A stretch of 64,000 nt of DNA from Octopus sinensis (Eukaryota), in NCBI RefSeq assembly GCF_006345805.1, contig NC_043000.1, positions 56,172,001 to 56,236,000 on the forward strand, read 5' to 3'. Under the pieces are notes generated by a model. It did not search any database and had not been told where the DNA came from. It saw only the letters and a list, made by a program, of their open reading frames with translations. The stretch's first letter is position 1. Each line of letters starts with the position of its first letter. The translations under genes were made by a program, and so were the position numbers. Shown piece after piece: positions 24,481-37,000 of the stretch.

Positions 24481-25559
24481 AAATACACACATATATATAT
24501 AAAGGGGAAAAAGACAATAAAAACCAAGGCAGGACAAGTATCTCAAGTCATTTAGAATATTTAATTAGTGTAAGGTGAATTTGAGGTAATTAATTAATTA
24601 GTTATTTAATTAATCAATTGACTACTGGATGTTTTACAGCTGTTTCTGGGATATCCCAAGTGATAGGTTAGCATTTCCTTACACTGGGTATTCCACCATC
24701 AGAGACAAGGTGAGTATGTATGAAAACTCAAGACAGAAAATTCACAGATTATAAAGGAAAAATAGTAGATAGAAGAATATGGACTGGAGAATAAAGTTCA
24801 GAGCTCATCTTCTTTGAGAGGGTATGGAATTTGGTCTGTACTTCTGTGAAGGCATAGATTCTTAAGTATAATCCCAGTGAACTAAACCCCTAATATTCTA
24901 CACACACACATACATATATATATACACACACACACATGTATATGTATATATATATTTAATATATATATATATATATATATATATTAAGCATCAAATGGTT
25001 ATGAAGGTGCAGTAAAATAAAATAGGAACCAAATAGTTTCACAAGTAAAAAATAAATGGTTGAGAACCACTGGTTTAGGTGACAAAGTCAACGCCCATAT
25101 TTTTTTTTAAAGTTGGGTACTTATTCTATCAATATCTTTAGCTGAAATACTATACTAAGTAAGAGTACAGAAAACAAACCAACAGCAATTATCAAATGAT
25201 GGCAGGGATAGACAACAGACACCCACGTCCATACTTAGGCATCAATACTCACATCCACATATATTTCTGTTGACCTTCAAGTCCCTCAAAAGCTGGCCAG
25301 ACACCAAGATGTCACCAGCTTCTTGTTCAACCACAAGGTCCAAGAAATTCTCTTTTCTAATGCATCTGGTGTTGCTGAAAAGCTAATCTCACACCTAACA
25401 ATACCATGTGACCTGCCTTGACCAATAGCAGCACAGTTTCCAGTAACCTTCTTAAACTTCCTGCATCTTTTCCTTCAGCTATCTGAGCCTGGACAAACTA
25501 TGTTTCTGTAAAGAGCCTGCATAACTGCAAGTCATATGGAGCCAAACTAAACTGTCTTA

Positions 25560-25666
25560 AATAACAACAACAACAACAACAATGATGATGATGATGATGA
25601 ATAGTAGTAGTAGTAGTAGTGGTGGTGGTGGTGGTGGTGGTGGTGATGGTGGTAGTAGTAGTAGTT

Positions 25667-25714
<48 letters not shown>

Positions 25715-25715
25715 T
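25560..25715. repeat. (AAC)n/(GAT)n/(GGT)n/(AGT)n trinucleotide run
   Basis: Directly visible. Confidence 0.95.
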
Positions 25716-25719
25716 TCCT

Positions 25720-26175
25720 GATGCAGTACCAGGCAGCAGCACTCTTGGCTTCTGATCTTAACTGATTGGAAGTGTTATTATGTACATTGTTTTGTCTTGG
25801 TATAAAAGACGGGCTACATCAAATATTCTGCTCAATGCCAGATTTCCTTGTCAGTTGTTTGACCGTGCATCTCTGATCATGAGCAGAAGTAGTGGGGGAG
25901 CATCATAGCCGAGTATTGAGAGGAATTCTTTGGGGTTTGGGTAATTCACCTTTGAAAACATGGGTGTTTCATTAAACATCCTTAAACAACCCTTATTCAG
26001 AGACCTTTTGAGCAGGATGGGCTACTCGACCTGAAGAAAATCCTAACTGAACCCCACCTGCAAGGTCATGCACTGTTTATCTTAATATAAGATCACCATG
26101 TTATACACATATGTTTGTGATGCATGTGCTTGGTATACCCTTATCAGATGGGTTGTTATGATCGGAATACTGGGT
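25720..26175 (+). mobile_element. Unclassified interspersed repeat (~450 bp)
   Basis: A reverse-complement partial copy lies at about 14380-14560 (aaatattctgctcaat..., gcatcatagcc...). Confidence 0.6.
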
Positions 26176-26238
26176 TTTGTATATTTTATCCCAGTGTCAC
26201 TATGATGGTATGCTCTCTCACTCAATAATAATGATAGC

Positions 26239-26299
<61 letters not shown>

Positions 26300-26303
<4 letters not shown>

Positions 26304-26713
26304 GGATGTGTTTATTAATTGACATGAGTATTCCCTGTGATCACAATATAGCGGCGAAAGAATTTGACAAGATTAGTAAATATAAAGACCTGCTAATAGA
26401 AATTGAAAAAATGTAGCATCTCAAGGCGACTACAGTACCAGTGATTGTAGGATCTCTAGGAATGATTCCAGGCTTACCATCCCTACAGGAAGTGCAAAAA
26501 ATTGTATTAACTGGAACGATTCATGTACTGAGAAGAGCACTATCGCTGTGAAAATAACATCCATCCAAGAATTTATTTATTTATTAATTTTTAAATACAT
26601 ATTTTGTCTGTGAATTTGCGCGTGTAATCTGGGAATGCATACAATGAGCTTCTCTGCCCTAGGTGTATGGAAAACACTCGGCGAGAAACGGAAGAAAATT
26701 TGAAGAAAGAAGG
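26300..26713 (+). mobile_element. 5'-truncated RLE-type non-LTR retrotransposon (R4/Dong-like) inside an (AAT)n tract
   Basis: CLLIDMSIPCDHNIAAKEFDKISKYKDLLIEIEKM*HLKATTVPVIVGSLGMIPGLPSLQEVQKIVLTGTIHVLRRALSL*; (AAT)n on both sides. Confidence 0.85.
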
Positions 26714-27249
26714 AATAATAATAATAATAATATTAATAATAACAATAATAATAAAATATATTATATAACATAATCTTAAGATCCATCTTGCCATGCCACT
26801 ATGTATATTTTTTATTTGCCAACTAGTAAAGAGTTGATTCACTTAGAAATAAAACAGATTTAACTTAGAATATTGATCATCAAATAAAGAATATAACACA
26901 GTCCTCATCCTGATATATTGAGTATTTTGTATCTTTAAGATTTGTTTAATATGATGAAACCTACAGGGATACACACACACACACATACAAATATACATAT
27001 TAATACATACACATGTGCATACACACACATATGCTTATATATATATGTGTGTATACATATATTTATTTACATTTGGATAGAAAGATTAATAGATGGTTAG
27101 ACCTAGACAATAGTACACTCAGAGACAAACCTACACATACACACATACACACACACAACACACACACACATGCACACACATATGTGCACACATTTATACA
27201 CATACATACACACTCAACTACAGCCACTGAAAAACAAAAAATTCTAAAA

Positions 27250-27258
27250 TATTACGAA

Positions 27259-27291
<33 letters not shown>

Positions 27292-27362
27292 CATTATTAT
27301 TATTATTATTATTATTATCATCATTATTTTAATCATTATTATCATCATCATCATCATCATCA

Positions 27363-27411
<49 letters not shown>

Positions 27412-27412
27412 T
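27250..27412. repeat. (TAT)n/(CAT)n microsatellite
   Basis: Directly visible. Confidence 0.95.
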
Positions 27413-27779
27413 CATCCAAAAAACTGACCCGGTAATGATAGCTTTCTGCCTATTTTCCATGACAGAGAAAAATCTAGATTTATTACATTTTATTGGCAAA
27501 TATGTGCAAATAAATGATGAGTTTTAGCTTGTAAAAGCTAGAATGAAAAAGATTTTTGTGTCTGTAGGCCTAGCTGGGTTTCTTTTCTTTTCTTTTTGTA
27601 TTTTCACTTGGCCAGTTTTTTTTTTTCCATGCCTGCAAAAGCGGGTTTGCCTGAGTGTGTGTGCAAGTATGTGGGTAGTTGCATTATATATCATTTTTCT
27701 TGGCACATATTGTTGTCAGGAGTAGTGTATATGTGTGTGTACTGTGTGAGTAACAGAAACTCTATCTCTCCCTTCTAGC

Positions 27780-27827
<48 letters not shown>

Positions 27828-28136
27828 ATAGTTAGAGAGAGAGAGAGAGATACACATGCAGAAATGGATACACACACACACATGCATTCATAGATGCACA
27901 CAAGCATATATGCACAAATATGTGCATGCAGTGAGAGACACTGTGCAAACCATCTTCAACTAGAAATATATGAAAATGAATATTCAGTAGGAATATAATT
28001 TGTGTGTTATACGTATACATACACACATGCCTATATAAACATATATATATATATTCACACATATACATATATTTCTATACTTTATACATACATCATCATC
28101 ATCATTTAACATTCGCGTTCCATACTGGCATGGATT

Positions 28137-28173
<37 letters not shown>

Positions 28174-28176
<3 letters not shown>

Positions 28177-28514
28177 GCAGGAGTGGCTGTGTGGTAAGTA
28201 GCTTGCTTACCAACCACATGGTTCTGGGTCCAGTCCCACTGTGTGGCACCTTGGGCAAGTGTCTTCTACTATAGCCTTGAGCCAACCAAAGCCTTGTGAG
28301 TGGATTTGGTAGACAGAAACTAAAAGGCCCTCATATATATGTGTGTCTGTGTGTGTCTGTGTATGTCTGTATATATGTATGGGTGTGTATATGTTTGTGC
28401 GTTTGTCCTCCCAACATTGCTTGACAACCGATGCTGGTGTGTTTACATTCCCATAACTTAGCAGTTTGGCAAAAGAGAGCAATAGAATAAGTACCAGGCT
28501 TACAAAGAATAAGT
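28174..28514 (+). mobile_element. Family A SINE
   Basis: gtcgcaggagtggctgtgtggtaagtagcttgc head; tail truncated. Confidence 0.85.
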
Positions 28515-28569
28515 TCTTCGACAATTCTGGAGTTTATTGAACTTATTTTGTGTATGACTTTTGCCACCC

Positions 28570-28603
<34 letters not shown>

Positions 28604-28622
28604 TCATGTGTATACGAGTGTA

Positions 28623-28653
<31 letters not shown>

Positions 28654-28707
28654 GTACACACATTATATATATACATACACACACATATGTATATATGTAC
28701 AATATGG

Positions 28708-28759
<52 letters not shown>

Positions 28760-29077
28760 TATATATTTATCTGTGTGTCTATGTGCGTGTGTGTATGATA
28801 TGCATACGTATATGATAAAAGATGAAATGCATACTTGAAAATCAAATATTTTATGTCAGGACTTTTGCCTATTTGTCTACTGGCCTCAAATAAGTGGAGT
28901 GACTATATACATAAATTATATATTTATATTTTATGAATGTCTAATTGCTAGAAATGCATTTGTGCTCAGAGTAGGTACAGAATATATGTTTATTTCAATG
29001 TGCTACTTAATATTTTTGTCACTGTGATTTAACTGTACTTACATGCACATGCATATACATTCAAATATGTATATCTA

Positions 29078-29122
<45 letters not shown>

Positions 29123-29129
29123 GTCTCTA

Positions 29130-29335
29130 GGTGTCGCTGCATTCTAAGAAGCTTGCTTCCCAACCACGGTTTAAGCTACTCTCTTTTGATGCTGACGTCT
29201 TTTGCTAGTGGCTTTTGGCTCCGGGTTCAGTTCAACTATATGGCACCATGAGCAAGTGTCTTCTATTATAGGTTCAGGCTAACCAAAACCCTGTGAGTCG
29301 ATTTGAGAGATGGAAACTGAAAGAAGCCCAGCATC
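29130..29335 (+). mobile_element. Family A SINE head interrupted by a 54-bp inverted local insertion
   Basis: Insertion 29169-29222 is the reverse complement of 30612-30665. Confidence 0.8.
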
Positions 29336-29344
29336 TTTCGAATG

Positions 29345-29760
29345 TTGGGTGATATTTTGTGCTTGAGAAGAACCACCAAGCCAAGTGAAAATGTAATCAT
29401 GGCCAATGCCGATGTTATATAACTGGTATCCATGCTGGTGGTACATAAAAAGTACTCTTCAAACTTTGGACCTCACAGAGGCAGTGACAAGTGACCAAGA
29501 CCTTTGGCAATACACCATGCTTGAGAAGACATGTCAAGCCAAGTGAGTTCATAGTCATGGCTAATACCAGTGTTGCATAACTGGCACCCATGAGGGTGGC
29601 ACGTAAAAAGTACCCACTACACCCTTGGAGTGGTTGGCATTAGGAAAGGCATCCAACCATTGGAATCTGGTGCATCTCCCCAGCTTAACTGTTTTCAATA
29701 AAACTGTCCAACATATGCCAGCATGGGAAATGAACGTTTGATAATGATGATGACAATGAC
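29345..29760 (+). mobile_element. RTE LINE 3' end with duplicated terminus
   Basis: LQTLDLTEAVTSDQDLWQYTMLEKTCQAK* followed by the family D tail; tgcttgagaaga...caagccaagtga occurs twice. Confidence 0.8.
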
Positions 29761-31085
29761 GTGTGTGTGTGTGTGTGTGTGTGTATTTTTATGTCTGTGT
29801 TTGGCCACTCACCATCACTTGATTAGTGTGACTAGTGTTGCTGTGTATATGTTTCAGAATGAACCATCAGAAAAGTTGTGCATGTGATTTGGAGGGTCAG
29901 TTTATATCAGATGTGACAAGAGAAAATCGTTCAATCCATGGAAAGTGCTCTGCTAAACAAGTTAAAATACCAAGAGCCTGGGATGCTTTGGTTTTTCTCC
30001 AACGAGTAAAACTTCAATCAGGACCAAAAAATAAAATGAAGGAATGACAGATAGTTAAGCAGAAACCAGAATGAGTTTCCAATGGTCATGCAACTGTGAT
30101 GGTTCTAGAAGTCATCAGCAAAGACCCCCACATTTTGGCTAACTGAACACTTGTTTATAAGCCTCTTAGTGACAGCAAATAAAACAACTTGGAGACACAG
30201 AAGAATTAAAGAAAAGCAAAACAATAAAAAAGAAAAGTGCTATCATGGGGTTTGAAACAGAAAACTATCAATCAAGGCACACTGCTCGTCAAAAGCAAAA
30301 ATCATAATTTCCAGCAGACAAGTTGAACTTTTGCAGACCAAAATTTATAACCAAAAATGGTAGGTTGACTTATACACCAAGATGATTTGGAGGTCCAAAA
30401 ATTCCATGTGAAATTCAGCAGGATTTGGAAAGATAGTAAGATAGTAACAATGTTTGAATGCTTACAGTACATGTTTACATTATATACTATGTCAATTTGT
30501 ATGCCAGAAAATATAGTAGACAAATAAATACACTTGCCACCAATAAAATAGTAAAATGTCTCGAGATTGTAAAATGAAAACAATGGGATACAGATTAACC
30601 ATCCTCATACAGGAACCAAAAGCCATTAGCAAAAGACTTCAGCATCAAAAGAGAGTAGCTTAAACTAAATTAAGGAAAACAGGGAAATTTAATTGAAACC
30701 ATAGACGTAAGGGGACTATTAATAAATGTCATGAAGGCTCCTTCCCAGGAAGATATAGACTCATTAAAGAGAAAATTCTGGAGTGAGACAAAGGATTTTA
30801 ATCACAGTTCAAGGTAGCTTGACAAAAATCTGGAACAAATATTGTTACTCTATCAAACCAAAAGCACACAGTATAAATGGCAAAAAAGTCCTTGTGACTG
30901 TATTCCTAAAACCTCAGGTTAGAAAAGCAGCAGCAGCAACAGCAAGAAGGGAGTTAATTGGTGCAAAATATGAACATCAATTGGTAGTATGTTACTGAAT
31001 TTTACCAGGTGCTACATCACCTCTTGTAGAATGTCAATGACTTTGCCAACACTGTAATATGATAAGCATAATACAGTTCAGCTAA

Positions 31086-31142
<57 letters not shown>

Positions 31143-31227
31143 GAGAGAGAGAGAGGGAGAGACAGACAGACAGACAGACAGATATACACAAATACACATA
31201 CATAACCATACATTCATTCATATGGTA

Positions 31228-32499
31228 CGAGGGGCGTTCAATAAGTAATGCCCCTGACCCACTTGCAGTTGTTTGATCTAGCTGAAATTTTGCATGTGCA
31301 CTTAATTATACCTCTATAGATGAAGTGGCGAATTCCAGCTCTGAACTAATTGTGGTTTCTGATTTACAGGTGTTTGAACTGAGTCAAGTGTGAAATGGAG
31401 CCTGTTGAGTGTCGAGCAGTGATCTGGTTTTTGTATTTGAAAGGACGCACACCACGGGAGACTTTTCATGAAATGAAAGTGACTTATGGTGATGATGCCC
31501 CATCATATGACCTTGTAAAACGCTGGCATTGTGAATTCAAACATAGTCAGAACTCTGTGGAAACAGCTCCCAGATCTGGTCGCCCCCTTCTGCCGTTGAT
31601 GAGACATCTGTCCGTCAAGTTGAGGCTGCCATTTTGGAAGGTCAACGCATAACTATTCGCCAAATAGCCCATAAGGTCAGGATTAGTACCGGGTCTGTGG
31701 AAACTATCATTCATGACCATTTGCATATGCAAAAGGTGTCTGCCAGATGGATTTCCAGGTTGCTCATACCTTTCCAGAAGCAAGAACGCGTTGAGTGCTC
31801 GAGGATGAATTTGGAGATGTGCCAAGAAGATGATGAGTCAAAATTTTTCAAAAGACTGATCACACAGGATAAAACCTGGGTCCATCACTATGATCCATAG
31901 ACCAAAGCCCAGTCAATGCAGTGAAAGCACCGTGACTCACCTCCTCCAAAGAAGGCAAGGGTGCAGCCCTCCGCTGACAAGGTTATGCTCACAGTCTTCT
32001 GAGACCAGGACGGAGTAGTGATGACAGATTTCCTGGCAAAGGGTACCACAATTACAGGAGCCTATTATGCTTCACTTTTGAGGAAATTAAGAGAAGCTAT
32101 CAAAATCAAGAGGCGGGGCAAGATCAGCAAAGGCATCCTCCTCCTGCAGGACAACGCTCCAGTCCACAACTCACGTGTCGCCAGATCAGAAGCACAGGCA
32201 TGCAGCTATGAACTCCTCCCCTTGCACCCTCTGATTTTCACCTCTTTCCAGCCATGAAGTTGATTTTGAAAGGAAAGCGTTTCCCAGATGATGCAGCCTT
32301 GATTTCTGAAGTCACGTCGTGGTTGGAGGACCAAGCTGGGGTCTTCTACAAAAACGGTCTCCAGAGCTGTATCAAGCGATGGGAGAAATGCATAACTCTG
32401 GGTAGTTCCTATGTAGGAAAAGACTAATAACTGTGCTAAGTGTCGTTGCTCTACTGCTATGGGAAGTGGGTCAGGGGCATTACTTATTGAACGCCCCTC

Positions 32500-32500
<1 letters not shown>
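31228..32500 (+). mobile_element. Full-length (1273 bp) mariner, irritans-type, non-functional
   Basis: Perfect 37-bp TIRs cgaggggcgttcaataagtaatgcccctgacccactt (31228-31264, 32464-32500); TA TSD on both sides. Confidence 0.97.
31395..32427 (+). pseudogene. Mariner transposase pseudogene
   Basis: MEPVECRAVIWFL...SGRP, ARWISRLL, ITQDKTWVHHYDP, LLQDNAPVH, LAPSDFHLF motifs; in-frame stops at 31898, 31922 and 32000, a frameshift near 31590 and a deletion removing PYSPD. Confidence 0.95.
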
Positions 32501-32920
<420 letters not shown>

Positions 32921-33279
32921 ATGAGAGTGAAAGAGATATACCTACAGATATACTAGCACATTTGTCATCAATATCAAAGCTAGACCAATTTTAAAAGACT
33001 GGTTGCCAGAAATAACTAATGTTGGTTGCATGCAGATTCTAGCATCTGGGTGGGTTGTGTAAAATGTGAGGATAAAATCAAGTTATGTATGTTTATAGAA
33101 TGAATGCTGATGGAAGTTAAGGCTGCTATGGTGATGCTGGTGTCTGGTTTATTTGGTTGTGGTTGTGGTTGTGGTAGTTGATAGTTGGTAAGGTTTTCTT
33201 TTTTTTTTGTTTTTTTGTTTTTTTGTTTTTTTGTTTTTAGTGAACAGCAGCTTTTGGAACGAAATTGAGTATCAATCAA

Positions 33280-33690
33280 AGTTAAGTGTAGTGAGGAAGG
33301 AAAAGAAAGATAAAAGGAAAAAAGAAAACGAATAAAGAAAGTAAAGGGGGAGAAGGAAGAAGGAAGGAGGGGTGTGAGTGGAGTGGATGGGTGGGAGGAA
33401 GGAGGAGGAAAAAAGAAGGGGAGGTGCAGGGAGAAAAAAGAGGAAGAGGAGGAGGAGGAAGAAGGGGGGATGAGGAGGAGGAGGGGGAGAAGAAGAAGAA
33501 GAAGAAGAAGAAGAAGAAAGAGAATGGTCAGTAGGGGAGAAGAGAGAGAGGAAGCATGGAAGAGGAGAGGAAGGATGAAAGAGGAGAGAGGGAGGATGGA
33601 AGAGGAAAGGGAGAAAGGATGGAAGAGGAGAGAGAGGAAGGATGAAAGAGGAGAGAGAGGAAGGATGCAAGAGGAAGAGGAGGAGGTAAT
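33280..33690 (+). repeat. Polypurine tract with (AGA)n and a ~22-bp degenerate gaggagagaggaaggatgaaa repeat
   Basis: Directly visible. Confidence 0.9.
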
Positions 33691-33783
33691 CAACAGCAAC
33701 AACATCAGTGCCACCACCAACCCAGAACCCATACTGTTAACATGAAAACCACAGCACACAGACATATTTATCATATCAGCATT

Positions 33784-34487
33784 TGTGCCTTTTTTTTAGC
33801 ATCAGTTTTACAATTTAAGGAAAACTTCATTATATTTGTGCAAGTTCAGAAAGAATTAATTAAATGAAATTGTTGTATTCAGTTCGAAAAGTCAAAGAGT
33901 TACACGTAGTTTCGAAATAGCATGTGAAAGTGAAAGAGACTTATTTCTTTGCCAAAGGCAAGGGGCAGTTCATCAGAAATTCAAATATCTTAATGCATAG
34001 AGTAATCAAATTACTGTATATATATATATCAAGGAAAGTAAGTATGAACAATATTCTTTGTATGTATTTAATATTTTGATATCAAGAACAAAGAGTATTT
34101 CAACCACAGTCTGAATAAGATTCTTTTACGTGACAGTGTTACAGCATTCTTGGTTTTCAGATACTGGTTGAAACTCACTATGGAATCGCATGTCTCTCAT
34201 CCACACGCAAAAATGAGTTGAACCCATAAAGGACAATGAGGAAGTTACATACAGCCTTGAGGAATATAATATTTGAAATTCTAATGAACCTAATATTTGA
34301 ATTTCTGATGAAGTGCCTCTTGCCTTTGGCATATAAATAAATCTCTTTCACTCTCACATGCTATTTTAAACTGCGCATAAACATTTAACACAACAATTTC
34401 GTTCTGATAATCCGATTCTTCCTTTCTGAGGTATGTAAGTATAACGTTATTTTCCTTGATATATAAGACTGCACTGAAAAGGCACAC
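33784..34487. repeat. ~700-bp imperfect palindrome (foldback element)
   Basis: Arms 33915-33988 and 34293-34366 match at 68/74 as reverse complements; matching outer ends (tgtgcctttt) and an inner hairpin 34093-34176 share nearly the same centre. Confidence 0.8.
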
Positions 34488-35084
34488 GTACTGATACAAA
34501 TTGTGTACAGCTAACATCACCCACTTCATCATCATTAATCGTCAGTTTAACATCTTCTTTTCAAGCTGATATGGGTCAGATAGAATTCAGGGAGACTGAT
34601 TTTCTACAGACTGTCAAACACACACACACACACATGCATATGCACACACACACACACACACACGCACGCACATACATATAAAAAGAAAATCAGGAAGTAT
34701 GAAATTAATATATTTCACTAGTTGATATCCATAAGATTACAATTGTTTCACAGCCAACATCATGGAAAAGTAATTTATTTTAGTGTATAATAAATTATTT
34801 TGCATTATTTTACAATTGGAGTTAGGGGAAGTTTAATAAATGCAGTTGGGAGGTAGATGAAGGCTGTGGTATGGAAATGAGAAGTGTGGAGATTTAGAAG
34901 AAGAGGGAGAGGAGACCTACATTAAGAAATTTAAATGACTGTAAATGACTAGTTACTGAGGTAAACTTTACCTTTCATCCTTTCAGAGTCCATAAAAGAA
35001 AGTACCGGCCAAGTACTGGGATCTATGAAATCAACTACCCACTTCTCAATTGCAAGATATTTATATATATATATATACACACAC

Positions 35085-35240
35085 AATGAGATTCTTTCAG
35101 TTTCTGTCTACCAAATCCACTCACAAGGCTTTGGTTGGCCCAAAGCTATGGTAGAAGACACTTGTCTGAGGTGTCTTGCAGTGGGACTGAACCTGGAACT
35201 ATGTGATTGGAAAGCAAGCTTCTTACTACACTGCCATGCC
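35085..35240 (-). mobile_element. Family A SINE head (partial)
   Basis: Reverse-complement match. Confidence 0.75.
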
Positions 35241-35393
35241 TATCATATAACAATAAAGTCAAACCAAGTTCTGAGAATGATATCCTCGACTCCATTATTA
35301 CAGATTACATGATTCAATGCAACCACATACTGGTCTGTCCTGACTCTGTTTACATGGATTTTCTAACAAGGATCGGGAGCAGTGTATAGTATG

Positions 35394-35596
35394 AAGGGTG
35401 GCTGTGTGTTAAGAAGCTTGCTTCCCAACCACACAGTTCTGGGTTCACTCCCACTGCATGACACCTTGGGCAAGTGTCTTCTACAATAGCCTCAGGCCAA
35501 CCAAAGCTTTGGGAGTGGGTTTGGTAGACAGAAACCGAAAGAAGCATGTCGTATGTGTGTGTGTGTGTGGTGTGTGTGTTTGTGTGTTTGTGTGTG

Positions 35597-35629
<33 letters not shown>

Positions 35630-35843
35630 TTGTGTGTTTGTGTGTGTTTGTCCCCCACCACCACCACTTGACAACTGGTGCTGGTGTGTTTACATACCCA
35701 TAACTTAGTAGTTTAGCAAAAAAGATTGATAGAATAAGTACCAGGTTTTAAAAAGAAGTACTGGAGTTGTTTCACTGAGCTAAATCTTCTTCAAGGTGAT
35801 GCCCCACCATGGCCACAGTCTAATGACTGAAACAGATAAAAGG
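35394..35843 (+). mobile_element. Family A SINE
   Basis: Full head, body and tail. Confidence 0.85.
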
Positions 35844-36048
35844 TATATATATGACTGTATCCTCCTAATTAATAATTCGAATGCAGTAAGGGATTAACAT
35901 CCTCAGAGATGGACTGTAATTTCAAAAAGGGTTGCAAAAAGAAATATGGGAAAATATGGGAAAAGAAATATGGGAAAAAATAAACAAGTCAAAGTAGATA
36001 TGTAGTGCAAACTCTGTAGCCTTCAAACTTTTCTAAATCACAAACCAT

Positions 36049-36455
36049 ACTCTTTACTCTTTTACTTGTTTCAGTCATTTGACTGTGGCCATGCTGGAGC
36101 ACCACCTTTAGTCAAGCAAATTGACCCCAGGACTTATTCTTTGTAAGCCTGGTACTTATTCTATCGGTCTCTTTTTGCCGAACCGCTAAGTTACGGGGAC
36201 ATAAACACACCAGCATTGGTTGTCAAGCAATGCTGGGGGAACAAACACAGACACACAAACATATACACACACACATATATATACATACATACTACGGGCT
36301 TCTCTCAGTTTCCATTTACCAAATCCACTCACAAGGCTTTAGTTGGCCCAAGGCTGTAGTAGAAGACACTTACCCAAGGTGCCACGCAGTGGGACTGAAC
36401 CGGGACCATGTGGTTAGTGAGCAAGCTACTTACCGCACAGCCATCCCATGCCTAT
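36049..36455 (-). mobile_element. Family A SINE
   Basis: Full length; inverted relative to 35394-35843. Confidence 0.85.
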
Positions 36456-36597
36456 GTCACATATCTTAAACTGTTCTGTTGTTATCTTTATTGCTGTTGC
36501 TGCTTTTTGACACTACAGTAGACTTATTTCTACATGAGAACTACGGCTAAAAATGTTTCAAACATCAACATCCCATCCTTTATTGAAATGTAGTGCA

Positions 36598-37000
36598 TAG
36601 GGTGTTCAAAAAGTCTCTCCACAGTAAGTATTTTATTGCAAAAAATAAATATTTATAAGATGGTACAAGATTACAAAAGAATATGTTAGACTTTACAAGA
36701 CCAAAAAACTTATAAGTGGTGTTGAAGTGTCATCCTTCATTTTCAATACATAAGTTGACTCTTTTACACATATTTTGAAATACATCTTGGAGAGTCTGAC
36801 ATGGTATGGACTGTGAAAGTTATGATTGCATCTTTTAGCTCATTAATGGTTTTTGGGTGATTCTTTTACACTGATCTTTTATTTGCTCCCCAGACAAAAA
36901 GTCTGGTGGTGTTCATTCAGTTGATGTTGGTGGCTAAAGTCCCTTCAAAATAATCTATTCACCAAAAAATTCACTGCGGAGAGACTTTTTGAACACACTG
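36598..37000 (-). mobile_element. Tc1/mariner deletion derivative (~400 bp)
   Basis: 28-bp TIRs (gtgttcaaaaagtctctcc(a/g)cagt); interior encodes a frameshifted transposase C-terminus KGL*PP...TPPDF...KTINELKDAII...QHHL*. Confidence 0.8.

Noticed and set aside
24600-24880. Possible Penelope GIY-YIG C-terminal remnant next to the 24.4-kb pLTR piece
   Set aside because: Translation similarity is too weak to support.
29850-30050. SDVTRENRSIH, reminiscent of Chapaev/RAG1-like N-terminal motifs
   Set aside because: The flanking HP and CxxC residues are absent; a short chance-level match.
33940-33990. CTGATGA...GAAA..GTC on the palindrome arm as a hammerhead
   Set aside because: Stem I cannot pair next to the core and the other arm lacks GAAA; kept only as a remark in the palindrome finding.
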